Assembly: GCF_006345805.1 (NCBI RefSeq)
Contig: NC_043005.1
Location: 13,950,001 to 14,014,000, forward strand
Reading direction: 5' to 3'
Length of the DNA: 64,000 bases
Source of the DNA: Octopus sinensis
Taxonomy: Eukaryota
A model generated the notes under the pieces. It was not told the DNA's origin. It worked only from the letters and a program-made list of their open reading frames with translations, and ran no database searches. Positions 14,850-27,716 of the stretch are shown here, piece by piece. Numbering within the stretch: position 1 is the stretch's first letter; each line of letters begins with the position of its first letter. Made by a program: the position numbers and the translations under genes.

Positions 14850-15860
14850 TAATGTGTTGTTCATTTATTCACCGCACAAAATTGCTACTTTATCAATTTT
14901 GTTGAGAAGTACTTCTCTATCCAACCCAATTTTCCTGTTTCAGCCGATATTTAAAGTAGCTGATAATAATTAATTCATAAGAAAGGAAAAATCCCTCTTC
15001 CCAGACTTGTCAATTGTCTCTGCTATACACAATAGTTATAAAATTGATAAATATTACATCGCATCAAGTAATGTTTGATTGGTGTATAGCACCCAAAATT
15101 ACATAATGCTGTGTGGATTTCCGATTACATTTCCAACGAAAGACATTAACCAACATCTTGGCCTAAACCTCTAGACCCAGTCGTTAGAAGAGTTGGAGTA
15201 GGCTTAAAATTATCCTCTACATACTCAAATTTGGATTTATTTTTATTCGAAAGCACTACTATTCTTGATTCTTAGATCTGATGATTCAAATTGAGGTGGT
15301 TTCATGGCAAAGAATTCATCAATGTATCTTTTTATGTAATCCAAGAAATTGAAATTTTTAACATTAAGACTATTCTGCAGAGACCTGAATAAGTGGAAAT
15401 CCGAAGGAGCAATATCTGGTGAATATGGAGAATGGGGTAACACATCCCAGCCGAGCTGCAGCAATTTTTGTCTGGTTCCCAAAGTATCAAGTGCCTGTTG
15501 TAATATACGCCAGCCAAATGTGAGAAAAGTGTTCGGTGAACTGAACTTCCTTTCCCAGAAATATCCATGCACTGTAACTGTATAATTCCTTCCGTACCTA
15601 AGGTACTCTTATAAGACTTTCGCATCACTGAGTCGGAGCATGTCGTCTTTGCAGGCATCAAAGTCCACTACTTACAACTAACCTCCCCACTTAAACGTTC
15701 ATCAAGATGCATTCTTACATCAGCATCACTTATCTATTTTAGTTTGCCTAAAACAATCTTGTGTCTTTCTTACCAAGTCCTGCCTCTGCTATTCTGGCAC
15801 ATCAAACTACTTTTGCACTCAAGTATCCTAAAACACGCGCTTTTGCACGAACAGTGCAAC
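14850..15860 (-). mobile_element. Highly degraded LINE ORF2 C-terminal region (L1/Tx1-like)
   Basis: Stop-interrupted frames, ending ..FLSYELIISYFKYRLK-RKIGLDREVL..; resemblance recalled, not searched. Confidence 0.35.
15288..15495 (-). mobile_element. Inverted partial copy of the deleted mariner
   Basis: GTRQKLLQLGWDVLPHSPYSPDIAPSDFHLFRSLQNSL; same deletion junction as 15872-16437. Confidence 0.85.
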
Positions 15861-15871
15861 CTTTGTATATA

Positions 15872-16437
15872 TTGGGTCGTCCGGAAAGTTGGTGCCGATT
15901 TATAGTAGCTTCTATTTCGACTTATTTTAGAAGATGGTTGAGTCCATAAAATAGGATTTTCCTACACCTCCATTTATGGCACAGTTTGAGCTATCTTTTC
16001 GTGGAAGAAAATTTATGTTCCTATAACCTGTGTTAATTCTGTAACCCTTTAAAATGAAAGATAACAAAGTTTATTTTCGGCACTTTATACTTTGGGAACC
16101 AGACAAAAATTGCTGCAGCTTGGCTGGGATGTGTTACCCCACCCTCCATATTCACCAGATATTGCTCCTTCAGATTTCCACTTATTCAGGTCTCTGCAGA
16201 ATAGTCTTAATGTTAAATATTTCAATTCCTTGGATTACATAAAAAGATACCTTGATGAATTCTTTGCCATGAGACCACCTCAATTCTGGGAAGAGGGTAT
16301 TTTCAAGTTAAAGGAAAGATGGAGATGCATTGTGCAACAAAATGGTTCATATTTGGTTGATTAAAAAGGTAATGGCAAGTATTTATTGACCTTTTTCTTT
16401 CCTTTAAAAATCGACACGAACTTTCCGGACAACCCAA
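15872..16437 (+). mobile_element. Internally deleted mariner
   Basis: TIRs ttgggtcgtccggaaagttggtgccgattt / aaatcgacacgaactttccggacaacccaa with TA TSD; MKDNKVYFRHFIL fused to the C-terminal HPPYSPDIAPSDFHLF..WEEGIFKLKERW. Confidence 0.92.
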
Positions 16438-16929
16438 TAGTTTCAAAGAAATTGTCCAGATACGTTTTATCAGTATAATGACAGTTTAACTCTCTTAACT
16501 AATATTTTCTATCACAATTTCATTACTAGAGCTACACTGCTCAATTCTTTTTACTTTCTTTTAAAACCTATTCATAAATTATTTAAAATAGCTTGCTTCA
16601 ATTTTCATTTACCTCCCAGCTCCCTTTTCCAGGCCTGTAGACTTCCTACACAGAGAGATGTCTTTTGTCTTCGAGCTGACAGTATAGATGATATGATTAC
16701 CTGTGCAACCAATACCCGACGTTACTATTTATTCATTGCCCTAATGAATTCCATGTATAAATATGAAATGGATAATCCCACCACAGCTTCTTCACGTCTA
16801 TATCGCAAAAAATTAATTTGTATCTTTCAAGTAATTGGAATTGTCTGAGCAGGTTAAAAAGTCTCTAACACCTTTCCTTGCTGTCTTTTACTCCCACACA
16901 ACCTAATGTTTACCTAATGTTTTTGAGGT

Positions 16930-17680
16930 CGTTTGTTTTGTCCCAGTTCGTTAATACATTAATGATTAGCATGTCTCTAGAGGTGTTTTCCGGTCACCTT
17001 GTGCAAAAGTAGCAAGAAAAGTTTACCCGGCCACTGTGTGTACATAATTGTATGACAAATGGAGACGGGAGTGTAGAAGCGAGTAAGAGTTGTTAATTGA
17101 TGACAACGACACATCAATTTACCTTTAGCTGTAAAGCTTGTTCCGTGGTTAATTTTTTATTTCTCAGAACGAGTTGACGCAACACACAATATATTCTCTT
17201 ACGTTACACTTTCCATGTTATTCTCCACATTTATTGGATAGAATACAGCTTTGTTCGAAATATAATCGCTAAATGAAATGCTTGATAAAGGGTCTCAAAC
17301 AAACTTCCACGTATACATCCGTTGTCATAGACGAGCGTGCCTGGTTCTGGCCACGGTCATACATAAACGAGTGTTTAGTCATAAATCTTTAAGCAGGAGA
17401 ATTGTGATATAAAAAGAACACTTTGCATATATAAGTTTATTTTATATTGATCACGTTTGTTAAATATACTGCCAGTATTGAAAACTTTGCCTAAGTGGAA
17501 ACAAGAAACTTTCAAAAACAAACGTATAACATTATACGTTGATTATACCAACGGAATTGCATGCCAGTACTTGCATATTACATGAAGTAAACGGACCAGA
17601 AACACATTTGAAGCAGATAAACAATGACTTCGTTTCCAATGCAGTGATACACAAAAATCAATGCGCAATGATGTCCACGT
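16930..17680 (-). pseudogene. Possible degraded intronless rhodopsin-class GPCR (TM3-TM7)
   Basis: Across frameshifts, in order: VICKYWHAIPLV*STYNVIRL / FESFLFPLR / KVFNT (TM3, ERF..FPL-like); LCMTV..MYTWKFV*DPLSSISFSDYISNKAVFY (TM5); CVVVIN*QLLLASTLP (TM6). By-eye pattern only. Confidence 0.25.
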
Positions 17681-17979
17681 GTATGTATGCAATACATACA
17701 TATATATATACATATATATATACATATTGTTATCAAAAAAGTGGGTCGAATTAATTAATTATTAATAAATTCGACCAAGCAGTATTCGGTATGTAAAGAC
17801 CATTTACGGTATATTTGAAGTATTAATTTATAAAAATATGGTAAAGTAAAAGAATTCACTTTACCACACACCGAACTTTTCAGAAATAGCAGCCAAAAAT
17901 TTGGCTATTTCTTCAACTGCAAATAAAAGTCTCCAGACAATGCATACTCAGAAAAATAACTCACATAGGTATAAGGGAC

Positions 17980-18027
<48 letters not shown>

Positions 18028-18058
18028 ACATATGGTACCCACCCTACACATGTGTGTA

Positions 18059-18095
<37 letters not shown>

Positions 18096-18789
18096 ATGTT
18101 TTGAATATAAAACATTAACGTTTATGTTAATCGACTTGGCTAGATTGTTTTTTGATAGTGTTTCAATGCAATAATATTACTATTCAGTCCAACATATATC
18201 GTCAGCAGCACGATTTAGCTTCCATAAATGTTATTGTAGTTGTCGTTGTTGTTGTTGTTGTTGTTGTTGCTGTTTACGCAACAAGCTTATTATAATCCAT
18301 AGCTTTCCAGCCATGACTTGTCATCATTTTATGTCTTTTTTTTATTAAAACAGTGTGATTTATGTGCAAGTTAACTGTTATTTCAAGCAGACTGAGTGGC
18401 TGTATAAAGGCTGTCTTGCGGACTCATATTCCAGTATTTTAAATTGGTCTTTTGAATTCATTTCTTCTGTGAGTCATCTTTAGTCTGCAAGCAATTCGAA
18501 AATACCATCAACGTATCGATACGTTTTTGTTTTTTTTTTTCGTTTTCACGCATTCTAATGGTCTTTGCAGCAGTATCAATCGTCTTAGTCTTAGAGAATT
18601 ACCAAAAGCGGTTGGGTTCTAGAACAACACAGCTTCGAGTCGACCAAAACCTTAGGAGAAATCATTGACAGAATTTGTGCGAACACCCATCGTGGAGATA
18701 GTTCATGTTCTTGAATGATAAATTTTATTCGTCGCATAGATTGATACGATTCTCTTACCTCTTGCTTGTGTGTAGCTTCATTTAAATTA

Positions 18790-19255
18790 TATATATACAT
18801 ATATATATACTGTTGTGTCTGGAGAGAGTCATTTCTTTTTGTGCCTTATAATTTAACAAACTCAGCGGTAAAATTACCACTTATTTTTATTTTCTTAAAA
18901 ATTTCGTTGCGTCTTGCAACCTTTTCAATAGTCTTGACTCTGTCCGTTATTTGCACTGCGTTCCTTTTTGTTTGTTTGTGCGCATGTGTGTGGGTCAGTG
19001 TGTGTGTGTGCCTATGCATGTACGTATGTATGTATGTTATTTTTATGTGTGTGTGTATGTACGTGTGTATGTATGTTATTTCTTATTTTTTATTTTTAGG
19101 GAAGGAAAAATAAGAAATAAGTGGAAATTTTATCGGTGAGTGTGTTACATTATAAGGCACAAAAAGAAAATGACTCTCCAGAGACACAACAGAATATGCT
19201 TCAACACACGAACTCATATAAAGAATCTTGCAAACCAAATCCAAAAACGAAACAT
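18790..19255. mobile_element. (TA)-flanked insert with ~90-bp inverted duplication
   Basis: 18791-18895 is the reverse complement of ~19105-19191 (ctgttgtgtc..gagagtcattt..ctttttgtgccttataat). Confidence 0.7.
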
Positions 19256-19298
19256 ATATATATATACATAATTATATACATACATACATAAGCGTACA

Positions 19299-19530
19299 TA
19301 TTTCTTTACTACCCATAAGGGGCTAAACACAGAAAGGACAAAGAAGGACAAAAAAACGGATTAAGTCGATTACATCGACCCCAGTGCGTAACTGGTACTT
19401 AATTTATCGACCGCGAAAGGATGAAAGGCAAAGTCGACCTCGGCGGAATTTGAACTCAGAACGCAGTGACAGACGAAATACCGCTAAGCATTTCGCCCGG
19501 CGCGCTAACGCTTCTGCCAGCTCGCCGCCT
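19299..19530 (-). mobile_element. SINE family A
   Basis: Near-identical to the other copies. Confidence 0.92.
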
Positions 19531-19612
19531 TCGTACATACATAAGCATACAAATGTGTGTGTGTGGTGTGTGTGTACAGCTCGAGAGTTTCAGCCATGTA
19601 TATATATATATA

Positions 19613-19669
<57 letters not shown>

Positions 19670-19687
19670 CATATATATATGTATATG

Positions 19688-19732
<45 letters not shown>

Positions 19733-20633
19733 TATATAATACATACATACATATACACATACATATTAATATATGCTTGTGTATGTGTATATGAATGACT
19801 GTGTGTGTGGTGAGTGTGTACATGTGCTCTCTCGCATGTGTGTATGCATATAAACAGTTGCTAAAAAACCAGTCTTCAAAAATGCTTTGGAAACATTCAT
19901 TATACATTTCTATTTGAACACATGTAGAATTGTATATATTTAGATAAACACGACCGTGTCCAAATTACTGCAGAAATGTATATATTTAGATAAACACAGC
20001 TGCGTTAAGCCGGAGAGAGAAATCTGCATGGTCAATCGGCTTGCTAGAAATTGCAGTCAAATTTCTCTCAAACCACATCATTCCTCGTCTTGGAAAGAGA
20101 AAGGGGCGTGATATAATATGTGCCTTGATACGTCATGTAATCTAGGCCTCAAAAACAAAGAGACAGAATGCGGATCGATATGATACTTTTTATCATATAA
20201 GAAAGATCGTAACATTTCAACATGACTGTTTCTATGCAACTGGATAACTGTACAGTTTGAATAAATACGACTGTTTTCAAGCATCTACAGGATTGTTCAT
20301 ATCTAAATAAATACTATTATGTCCTAACAGTCCACTGTCCCATTGCCCTGTGCTAATTTTTCCCACGCTTATTATAAAAGTATTGAAAATCTACATAACG
20401 GTTTCAAAGTGGGTGTGTCCTCATTTGACAGATGAGCTCAACAAGTGGCTGACTTCGTTGATAAGAACCATAGGCGCTGTGTGTACTTCAAAAAAATCAA
20501 GTACGAGTAAGAATCATGTTTCCATGTATACATGTGCGTATAAATGTATGTATACAAACATATATGCATGTATATATATATATATATATATATACATATA
20601 TATATGTACATATATATATATATGTATATACAT

Positions 20634-20664
<31 letters not shown>

Positions 20665-21004
20665 TATATATATATACATATATATACATAAATATATATA
20701 TATATATATACATTTATACACACACATACATACAAACACATACACACACACATACATACACACACATGCATGCACATGCATACACACATACTCACAAGCA
20801 TACGCACACATACATACATACACACAAACACATGCACACATATACACACACATGCAACAACTCTCACACACACACATACACAGTCGTTTTCATTGTTACA
20901 GTCATTTGACTGCGGCCATGCTGGAGCACCGGCTTTAGTCGAACAAATCGACCCCAGAACGTATTCTTTGTAATCCTAGTATTTATTCTATCGCTGTCCT
21001 TCGA

Positions 21005-21792
21005 TAGGATCAGTTTCCTACAATACATTTATTATGTTAAATATTTAAGGTTAAAAAAATAGAGTAAAAAGATAGAAAATTGTTTTTTATCTGTGAAGAT
21101 ATAATTAAGCTTAAAAAAACATTAATAAACTATAGAATATCCTTAACTTAGTTATACTCTAATATTTAATTACCAAACTATTTAACAAAACAATCACTAT
21201 TAATATTTTTAGATTTTAGTTCGCATAGTTTATTAATGTTTTTTTAAGCTTAATTATATCTTCACTGATAAATACATTTTTCTATCTATGTACTCTATTT
21301 TTTACCTTAAATATTTAACATAATAAATATATTGTAGGAAAATGATCCTAATGTTTTAAGTTTCAAATTTAGTTAATGGAGTTTCTTTTATAAGAAAAAT
21401 TATTATTTAAAAAAAATTTTTTAATAAATATTATTTAACTCTATTTGCTTATTTATTTAACTATTATTGTTAACCTGAAGATTGACTATAGTTTTAAAGT
21501 GAATTCATTTCAATTAAATTTGAATTTAATTGTAATTCGAATTTAATTATAGCTATGAAACGTAGTTTTTTTACTTATTATATATTGATTATTCATTTTT
21601 ATACTTCTGTGATCTAGTTATATGTTTTATAAAAATATTTTTTATTTTGTATTTATGTTTTGGTTATATCTATCATTGTTTGAATTGCATAATAGTGGTT
21701 TTATCTCTAATTTATATTTTATATATTTATATTGTGAAATTTGATTTAATACTAAATTGAATTTTTCCCTGTAAGTTTGGAGTTATACTCCC
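21005..21792 (+). mobile_element. Penelope-type pseudo-LTR fragment: 125-bp inverted duplication, hammerhead, tail
   Basis: 21005-21133 inverted to 21226-21350; HHR at 21472-21567; tail 21660-21792 matches 45080-45215. Confidence 0.65.
21472..21567 (+). ncRNA. Hammerhead ribozyme motif, long stem II
   Basis: AAC CUGAAGA [uugacuauaguu..caauuaaauu ug aauuuaauug..aauuauagcuau] GAAAC GUA| GUU. Canonical core 21475-81, GAAA 21557-60, stem I AAC/GUU. Confidence 0.65.
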
Positions 21793-21844
<52 letters not shown>

Positions 21845-21846
<2 letters not shown>

Positions 21847-22009
21847 CGACTGGCTTCATTCAGTTTCCGTCTATCAAATCTACTAACGCGGCTTTGATCG
21901 GCCCGTGTCTATGGTAGAAGACACTTTCCCAATGTGTCACGCAGTGGGACTGAACCCGGGGCTATGTGGTTGGTAAGCAAGCTACTTACCACACAGCCAC
22001 TCCTGTGCC
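21845..22009 (-). mobile_element. SINE family B head
   Basis: Matches 3232-3394. Confidence 0.85.
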
Positions 22010-22044
<35 letters not shown>

Positions 22045-22222
22045 GATTTTTGTAAAGTAAATTTTGAACTCGCTGCCAGTCGTTTACGTTGTCAAAATTG
22101 AGGAATATATATACTTAAAAGTATTGAGTGATCTTTTCGGTTTAATATAAAAATTATTTGCATATATAACTCCATGTGTATTGTTGATACAGATGAAGTA
22201 TTTTTATATACATAACTTCCTC

Positions 22223-22262
22223 ATGTATGTATGTGTGTATGCATGTATGTATGTACGTATGC

Positions 22263-22295
<33 letters not shown>

Positions 22296-22663
22296 TGTAT
22301 GTATGTATGTAGTATGCATGCATGCATGTATGTATGTATGTATGTATGTATGCATGTATGTGTGTATGTATGTATGTATGCATGTATGTATGTATGTATG
22401 TATGTATGTATGTATGTATGTATGCATGCATGCATGTATGTATGTATGTATGTATGTATGTATGTATGTATGCATGCATGTATGTATGTATTTATGTATG
22501 CATGTATGTATGTATGCATGTATGTACGTATGTATGTATGTATGCATGTATGTATGTATTTATGTATGTATGTATGTTTGTATGTATGTATGTATGTATG
22601 TATGTATGTATGATGTATGTATGTATGCATGTATGTATGTTTGTATGTATGTATGTATGTATG
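22223..22663. repeat. (TATG)n microsatellite
   Basis: Visible directly. Confidence 0.95.
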
Positions 22664-23399
22664 TACACTATGCAATACGTTAATCTTATATAGTTTCTTT
22701 AAACGGCATTTTACTTTTCACTTGAGTGTTTTCATGATTCTGATATCAGTAATCCAATAATTACTCTCCAGGAAGGATGGTTTCCAAACAACTGGACAAC
22801 TGTACATATTTGAATAAATATCGCAGTTTCCTAGCAACAAGAATTTTTTTTCTTTCTTTTGGGGTTATCTTTTTTAATGGAGTTCACTTTTACAAATAGT
22901 TGTGAATGTCTGTGTCAATGATATGTATGTATTATGTGTGAGCGTCTGAATATATTAATAACTAATGTAAGATGTTACAGCTAGATAATATCCTTGTGAA
23001 GGCAGTATGATGATGTCGGGGCCTCACTATCGAGCAGTGATTTAGGGTCTTCTGTAATACACTAGTTCATTGTATGTTGGCAGGAGCAGCAGTCGGTTAA
23101 ATTGACCCCTGTATTTGACTGGTACTTTATTTTTACAAGTACCAAAGGGTAAAAGTTAAAGATGGATTTGAGCCAGAAAAATACATCTCTTAACCCTTTG
23201 CCCGTCCAAAGCATTTTTATAAGGCTGTCATACGTCCATGCTTGTTTTCAGATTTTTAACTTAAGCCATGTTCCGAATATTCTTCCTTATATAAAGCTTC
23301 CTTTTCCTAATTCCCATGTTAAAAACAATTGGGAATGCATTTTATATATGATGCATGGACACCAGGGAAATATAACCCTGCGTATCACATGTGATACAC

Positions 23400-23830
23400 A
23401 GGACAAGTGAAGTGGTCCATATTCTGCCTATCCACCAACCCTAACAGAAAATTGTACAATCTTAAATATTATTGCATCTAAATAATCTGTGGTTGGTTTT
23501 GATAACGTACCGTGTTTACTCAATCATGACTGTTATTGATCACCTGCCTTACACTACTTGCTCCATTGGATCGTATCTATAATGTCTCTTGTCCCACTAA
23601 ATTCGTTATCGTTATTTATAATCTCCTTTGTCCTCCTGAATCCATTGTTCTTTATCCTATTCAATTCATTGATGCTATGTATAGATTCCCGGTTCCTATT
23701 TAATCCATTTTGATACTCATGCCATCTTTCATCTTCTCAAACTACTGTAAGAAGTTTATAGCTGTCTGTTTCCTATACAATCCAACGATAGCCACCCTTG
23801 TTTCCCATGCTTCCTTGACAGATTCAATCC
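23400..23830 (-). mobile_element. Degraded RTE-like LINE fragment
   Basis: ..ELNRIKNNGFRRTKE..GTRDIIDTIQWSK*CKAG resembles RTE DRIRN..IR..T...DII..I...KW.WAG. Confidence 0.35.
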
Positions 23831-24199
23831 ATTGTTAATAGTTATAACCTCTAAAGGCGATGGGCTGACTAAATCTTTTCCACCTGGACTAAATGCTTAG
23901 CGATATTTTTTCCGGTTCTGTGCTCTGAGTTCAACTTCCGCCGATATCAAATTCCGCCGATCGCAATAAAAGGATTACCAGTCAAGTACAGGTGTTGCTG
24001 TAATCAAGTAGCCACATCCCCCAAATTTTCAGGTCTTGTACTTCGAGTAGAAAGAAAAAAATATTTACAATTTCTTAGGCAGTGAATTGGCAGAATTGTC
24101 AGCGAGTCTGACAAAATACCTAGTAGCATATCTTTCTTTTCCCATTGTTAGGATTTATGAACACTGTTTCCAACCTAATCCATTATTGGTATTTATAAC

Positions 24200-24426
24200 G
24201 GCGAGCTGGCAGAAACGTTAACGCGACGGGCTAAATGCTTAACGGTATTTCGTCTGCGTTACGTTGTGAGTTCAAATTCCGCCGAGGTCGACTTTGCCTT
24301 TCATCCTTTCGGGGTCGATAAATTAAGTACCAGTTACGCACTGGGGTCGATGTAATCGACTTAATACCTATGTATGTCCTTGTTTGTTCCCTCTGTGTTT
24401 AGCCCCTTGTGGGTAATAAAGAAATA
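24200..24426 (+). mobile_element. SINE family A with 13-bp TSD
   Basis: TSD ggtatttataacg at 24188-24200 and 24427-24439; older degenerate copy at ~23855-24055. Confidence 0.92.
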
Positions 24427-26265
24427 GGTATTTATAACGTCACTAATGCTACTCGGCCCATTTTTATGCTGTTTAGGACAAAGCTGGTGCTTAATCAATT
24501 CGTATTTGAGCTGCACGGATCTCGTTGTTTTGATCGCCCCCGCAATGTCCAATCAGCCTTTTCCCTCTGTAAATGTATATATGTTGATCATTTGGTTATC
24601 TCTTTGAATTTCTTCATTATTTCACCTTGATTGGTTCCTATGGCAACTACATCTTGAAAATTTTCACCAACTTCACTTTGACATGCATGTACAACAACGT
24701 TAATTTCACAGTATTTTAGTATATTTTCAAGCAAAATTAAGCCTATCCTACCTACCTAACGTGATACAACAACGTTAATTTACGTTCGTTTGGTGACAGG
24801 GTATCGGAAAATATTAAACTCTTTTCCGCTTGCATTGAATAAGCCTGTCCCATTATCCAAAATTCAGTTTCCAAATGACTAAAACAAAACACTTTTGATC
24901 TCCTTCAAAAGTTTGTTAACAAATTTTGAATTTAGGACAGTATCATTTTCTTCTCAGAATTTGTTACGCCAACTTAATGAATTACTTCACATATTTTGTC
25001 ACCAGCTGTGGTCAAACCGTTTTATTCTGCTGTCTTTCTCTCTTTTACCAATTGTTTATTTTTCCTTTGGCTTAGCCTCAGCAGCATAGAATCGGCTATA
25101 CTAGTGTTTCACTGTTTTGTCAGTTTTGCTTATTTAGCCAATCAAGGACCAGTAGTGTTAGCGATTTTAGCTATTTTTTGCTGGTGTCGAACTCTTTTCT
25201 TTCTCTATAAGCTGTTTTCTGTTTCTTTCTCTCCCCTCTCTCTTACCCCTCTCTCTCTCTCACTTTCTTTCATTCTCACTTTCCCTCATATCTGCAAATA
25301 CAGCTTGCAATCAGTTGTCTTAAATCACAAGCCCATTAAAATGAATGAGAAAACGTTGACGATTGTTATTTCAACAAAGTTTAAAATACTTACATTATCT
25401 CAGTAAGGATCTCTGCATTTCTGGCCATTATCTACTTGCACAAAATTGATCTTGTATATAAGATTAATTTGTACAAGTAGATAACAGCCTGCAGTTAATC
25501 TTTCTATGACACAAATTATTCAATCAACATTGCAAAATGGGAATAATCATTATCAGAAAACACATTTAACATTTTATTAATGTCAAATAACTCAGCTTGT
25601 TATTCTATATTACCGTATTAATAGCATTATACTTTCTTATCCTGTGCTATCAAACCATGTCCTGTTTTTGGTTGTATTCAAGCTAGAACAGTATGTCTCT
25701 TCTGTATTTAATGATTTAAATTCTTCCTCTGAAAAAAGGAGCTGGTTTCTAACAAAGATACAAAGCTCCATCTTTGGAATGTAAATAACGAAATCAATGT
25801 CGCATTTTAAATCTAAAAAAAGTCTTGCATAATTTTACTGTTCCGCTTATAGATTGTATTTATAATGTGCGAATCAGTTGGTTGATTTCTTTTACTGGAA
25901 ATCCAAGCTTAACCAGACTGACAGTTAGGCATTTACTTACAAAACCAAGTACTCCAATTATTATTGGTATAAATGTAAATTAGTAATCTGGATATAGAAG
26001 CTGCAGGTTTCGCAACAGCTGTCCTTAAGTTACCTTTCTCTCTGATTTCCGAAGAGATATTCACATCGGTAGGACAGCCGACCGCTATGACGGTGCATAC
26101 CTTTTTATTGTCTGTCCCAAACAACGATATCCTGCTTGTTATGTAAAACACTTGACAGCTGTTTTGATGGAAATGTTCTAATATTTCTTGTGCTGGTATT
26201 TGTGTACATTCTCAATAAGAGGGGGATTCCTTATATTTATTTCAGGACAGTCTCTTTTCCGAATG

Positions 26266-26357
<92 letters not shown>

Positions 26358-26360
<3 letters not shown>

Positions 26361-26750
26361 TACAAAATTAGAGAATGGAGAAACATACTTAAATCAATAA
26401 AACATCAACTATCCGATGATACCCAATCAATACTTTAATACACCATTACATATGAGTAAAGGCATTTATATAATGCCTTTACTCATATGTAATGGTGTAT
26501 TAAAGTATTGATTGGGTATCATCGGATAGTTGATGTTTTATTGATTTAAGTATGTTTCTCCATTCTCTAATTTTGTAGTATTAATTTACGGTAATATTAT
26601 TACCTTTACCCATATAATACAATAGATGAACTGATTGTTTGACAATTTTTAACATCTATGTATTAATCTTGTTGGGTACCTATCTGGCAGTATATTGGAT
26701 ATATATTATCCCATGGTGGGTTGAATTTTCAACCCCTATCTCATTTTATA
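26358..26750 (+). mobile_element. (TA)n-flanked insert starting with a perfect 109-bp palindrome
   Basis: 26358-26466 is the reverse complement of 26472-26580 (5-nt spacer); the body continues to a TA tract at 26750. Confidence 0.8.
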
Positions 26751-26814
26751 ATATATATATATATATATATATAATATATATATATAATATATATATATAT
26801 ATTATATATATATA

Positions 26815-26983
26815 AAGGGAAAGTTTACGAAAAAAATAAAAGACGAAGGCAGGTGATGTACAAACAAACAGATGTATTAGTATAGCGCTCAGGAATAGAA
26901 AAAGTCTTTTACGTTTCGAGCCTACGCTCTTCTACAGAAAGATACACAGAAAAAAAACAAGGAGAGAAACAAGGAGAGAAAAA

Positions 26984-26987
<4 letters not shown>
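26815..26987 (-). mobile_element. (TA)n-flanked Penelope-type fragment with hammerhead (A6U core)
   Basis: 26942-26905: UCUUU CUGUAGA A GAGC guag GCUC GAAAC GUA| AAAGA. Confidence 0.7.
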
Positions 26988-27021
<34 letters not shown>

Positions 27022-27716
27022 CGACAGCGTCATGTCACATAGGGAGGTAGCAACTTCATGACATTTTGGGACAGTAGCTAATCACTTGTGTGGTATCTTC
27101 CACAGAAATATGACATAATCTACATTTACAGTTGCATCTTGGAACCCCAAGGGCTTCACTGTTTCTTTTGTTGATAAGCTATTCAGTTGTAATCTCCTGT
27201 TCTCGGATTGCAAATGCACAGCCTTCGAAGCGTAATATTATGTATCGGTCACGAGTCCAAGAGGCTTCGCTTCATGTCAATGTTACTGTCTTCTTCAAGT
27301 CTAGGAGAAACATACCTGTCCGTGGTCATTTTTTTTTTTTTTTTTTTGGTATGCTGAGCGTTTCACTTCTAGGCCTTTCTTTGCTAGTCTAGCTGATTTG
27401 GGGTTGTATGGAAGTTCATCGGGAAGAGAATTCTTCAGGGGTAGCTCATTTCCAATACACCGCTTATATTGTTCACTTTTCAGCACAAGGTTAATGTATT
27501 TATATTTGCTGTTGTTGTTTAGTAAGTGCCGTCTAAGAGAGACTATACGACATTCAAAAACAGTCTGCACTGATCTCAAACCCCTACCTTCTTTTCCTCT
27601 TCTTAGGTAGAACCTGTTGATATCATTATTTTTGGGGAGTTTTTCAGTTGAAGTTAGAACTTGCGGGTTTTAATGTCTACGAAGTGTATTTCTTCTACAG
27701 GCCAGTCAAGTATCCT

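Larger units (their letters stand above)
25801..27716 (-). mobile_element. R4/Dong-type (restriction-like endonuclease) non-LTR retrotransposon, 3' part, degraded
   Basis: ILDWPVEEIHFVDIKTRK..NDINRFYLRRGKEGRGLRSVQTVFECRIVSL; FAIREQEITT; CRLCHISVEDTTQVISYCPKM (CCHC-like); HDAVA..YNAIRKRDCPE; HNKQDIVVWD; VCTVIAVGCPTDVN; FTFIPIIIGVLGFVSKCL; IQSISGTVKLCKTFFRF. Interrupted at 26272-27018. Confidence 0.85.

Noticed and set aside
25291-27290. Apparent Sushi/CCP-domain membrane-protein pseudogene (FT*QAGYRCLG..RSAVLPM*, FTFIPIIIGVLGF|gtaagt) with further putative exons
   Set aside because: Other frames give a complete, ordered R4/RLE retrotransposon C-terminus that continues through the supposed donor (GFVSKCL..SISGTVKLCKTF); the Sushi pattern is coincidental.
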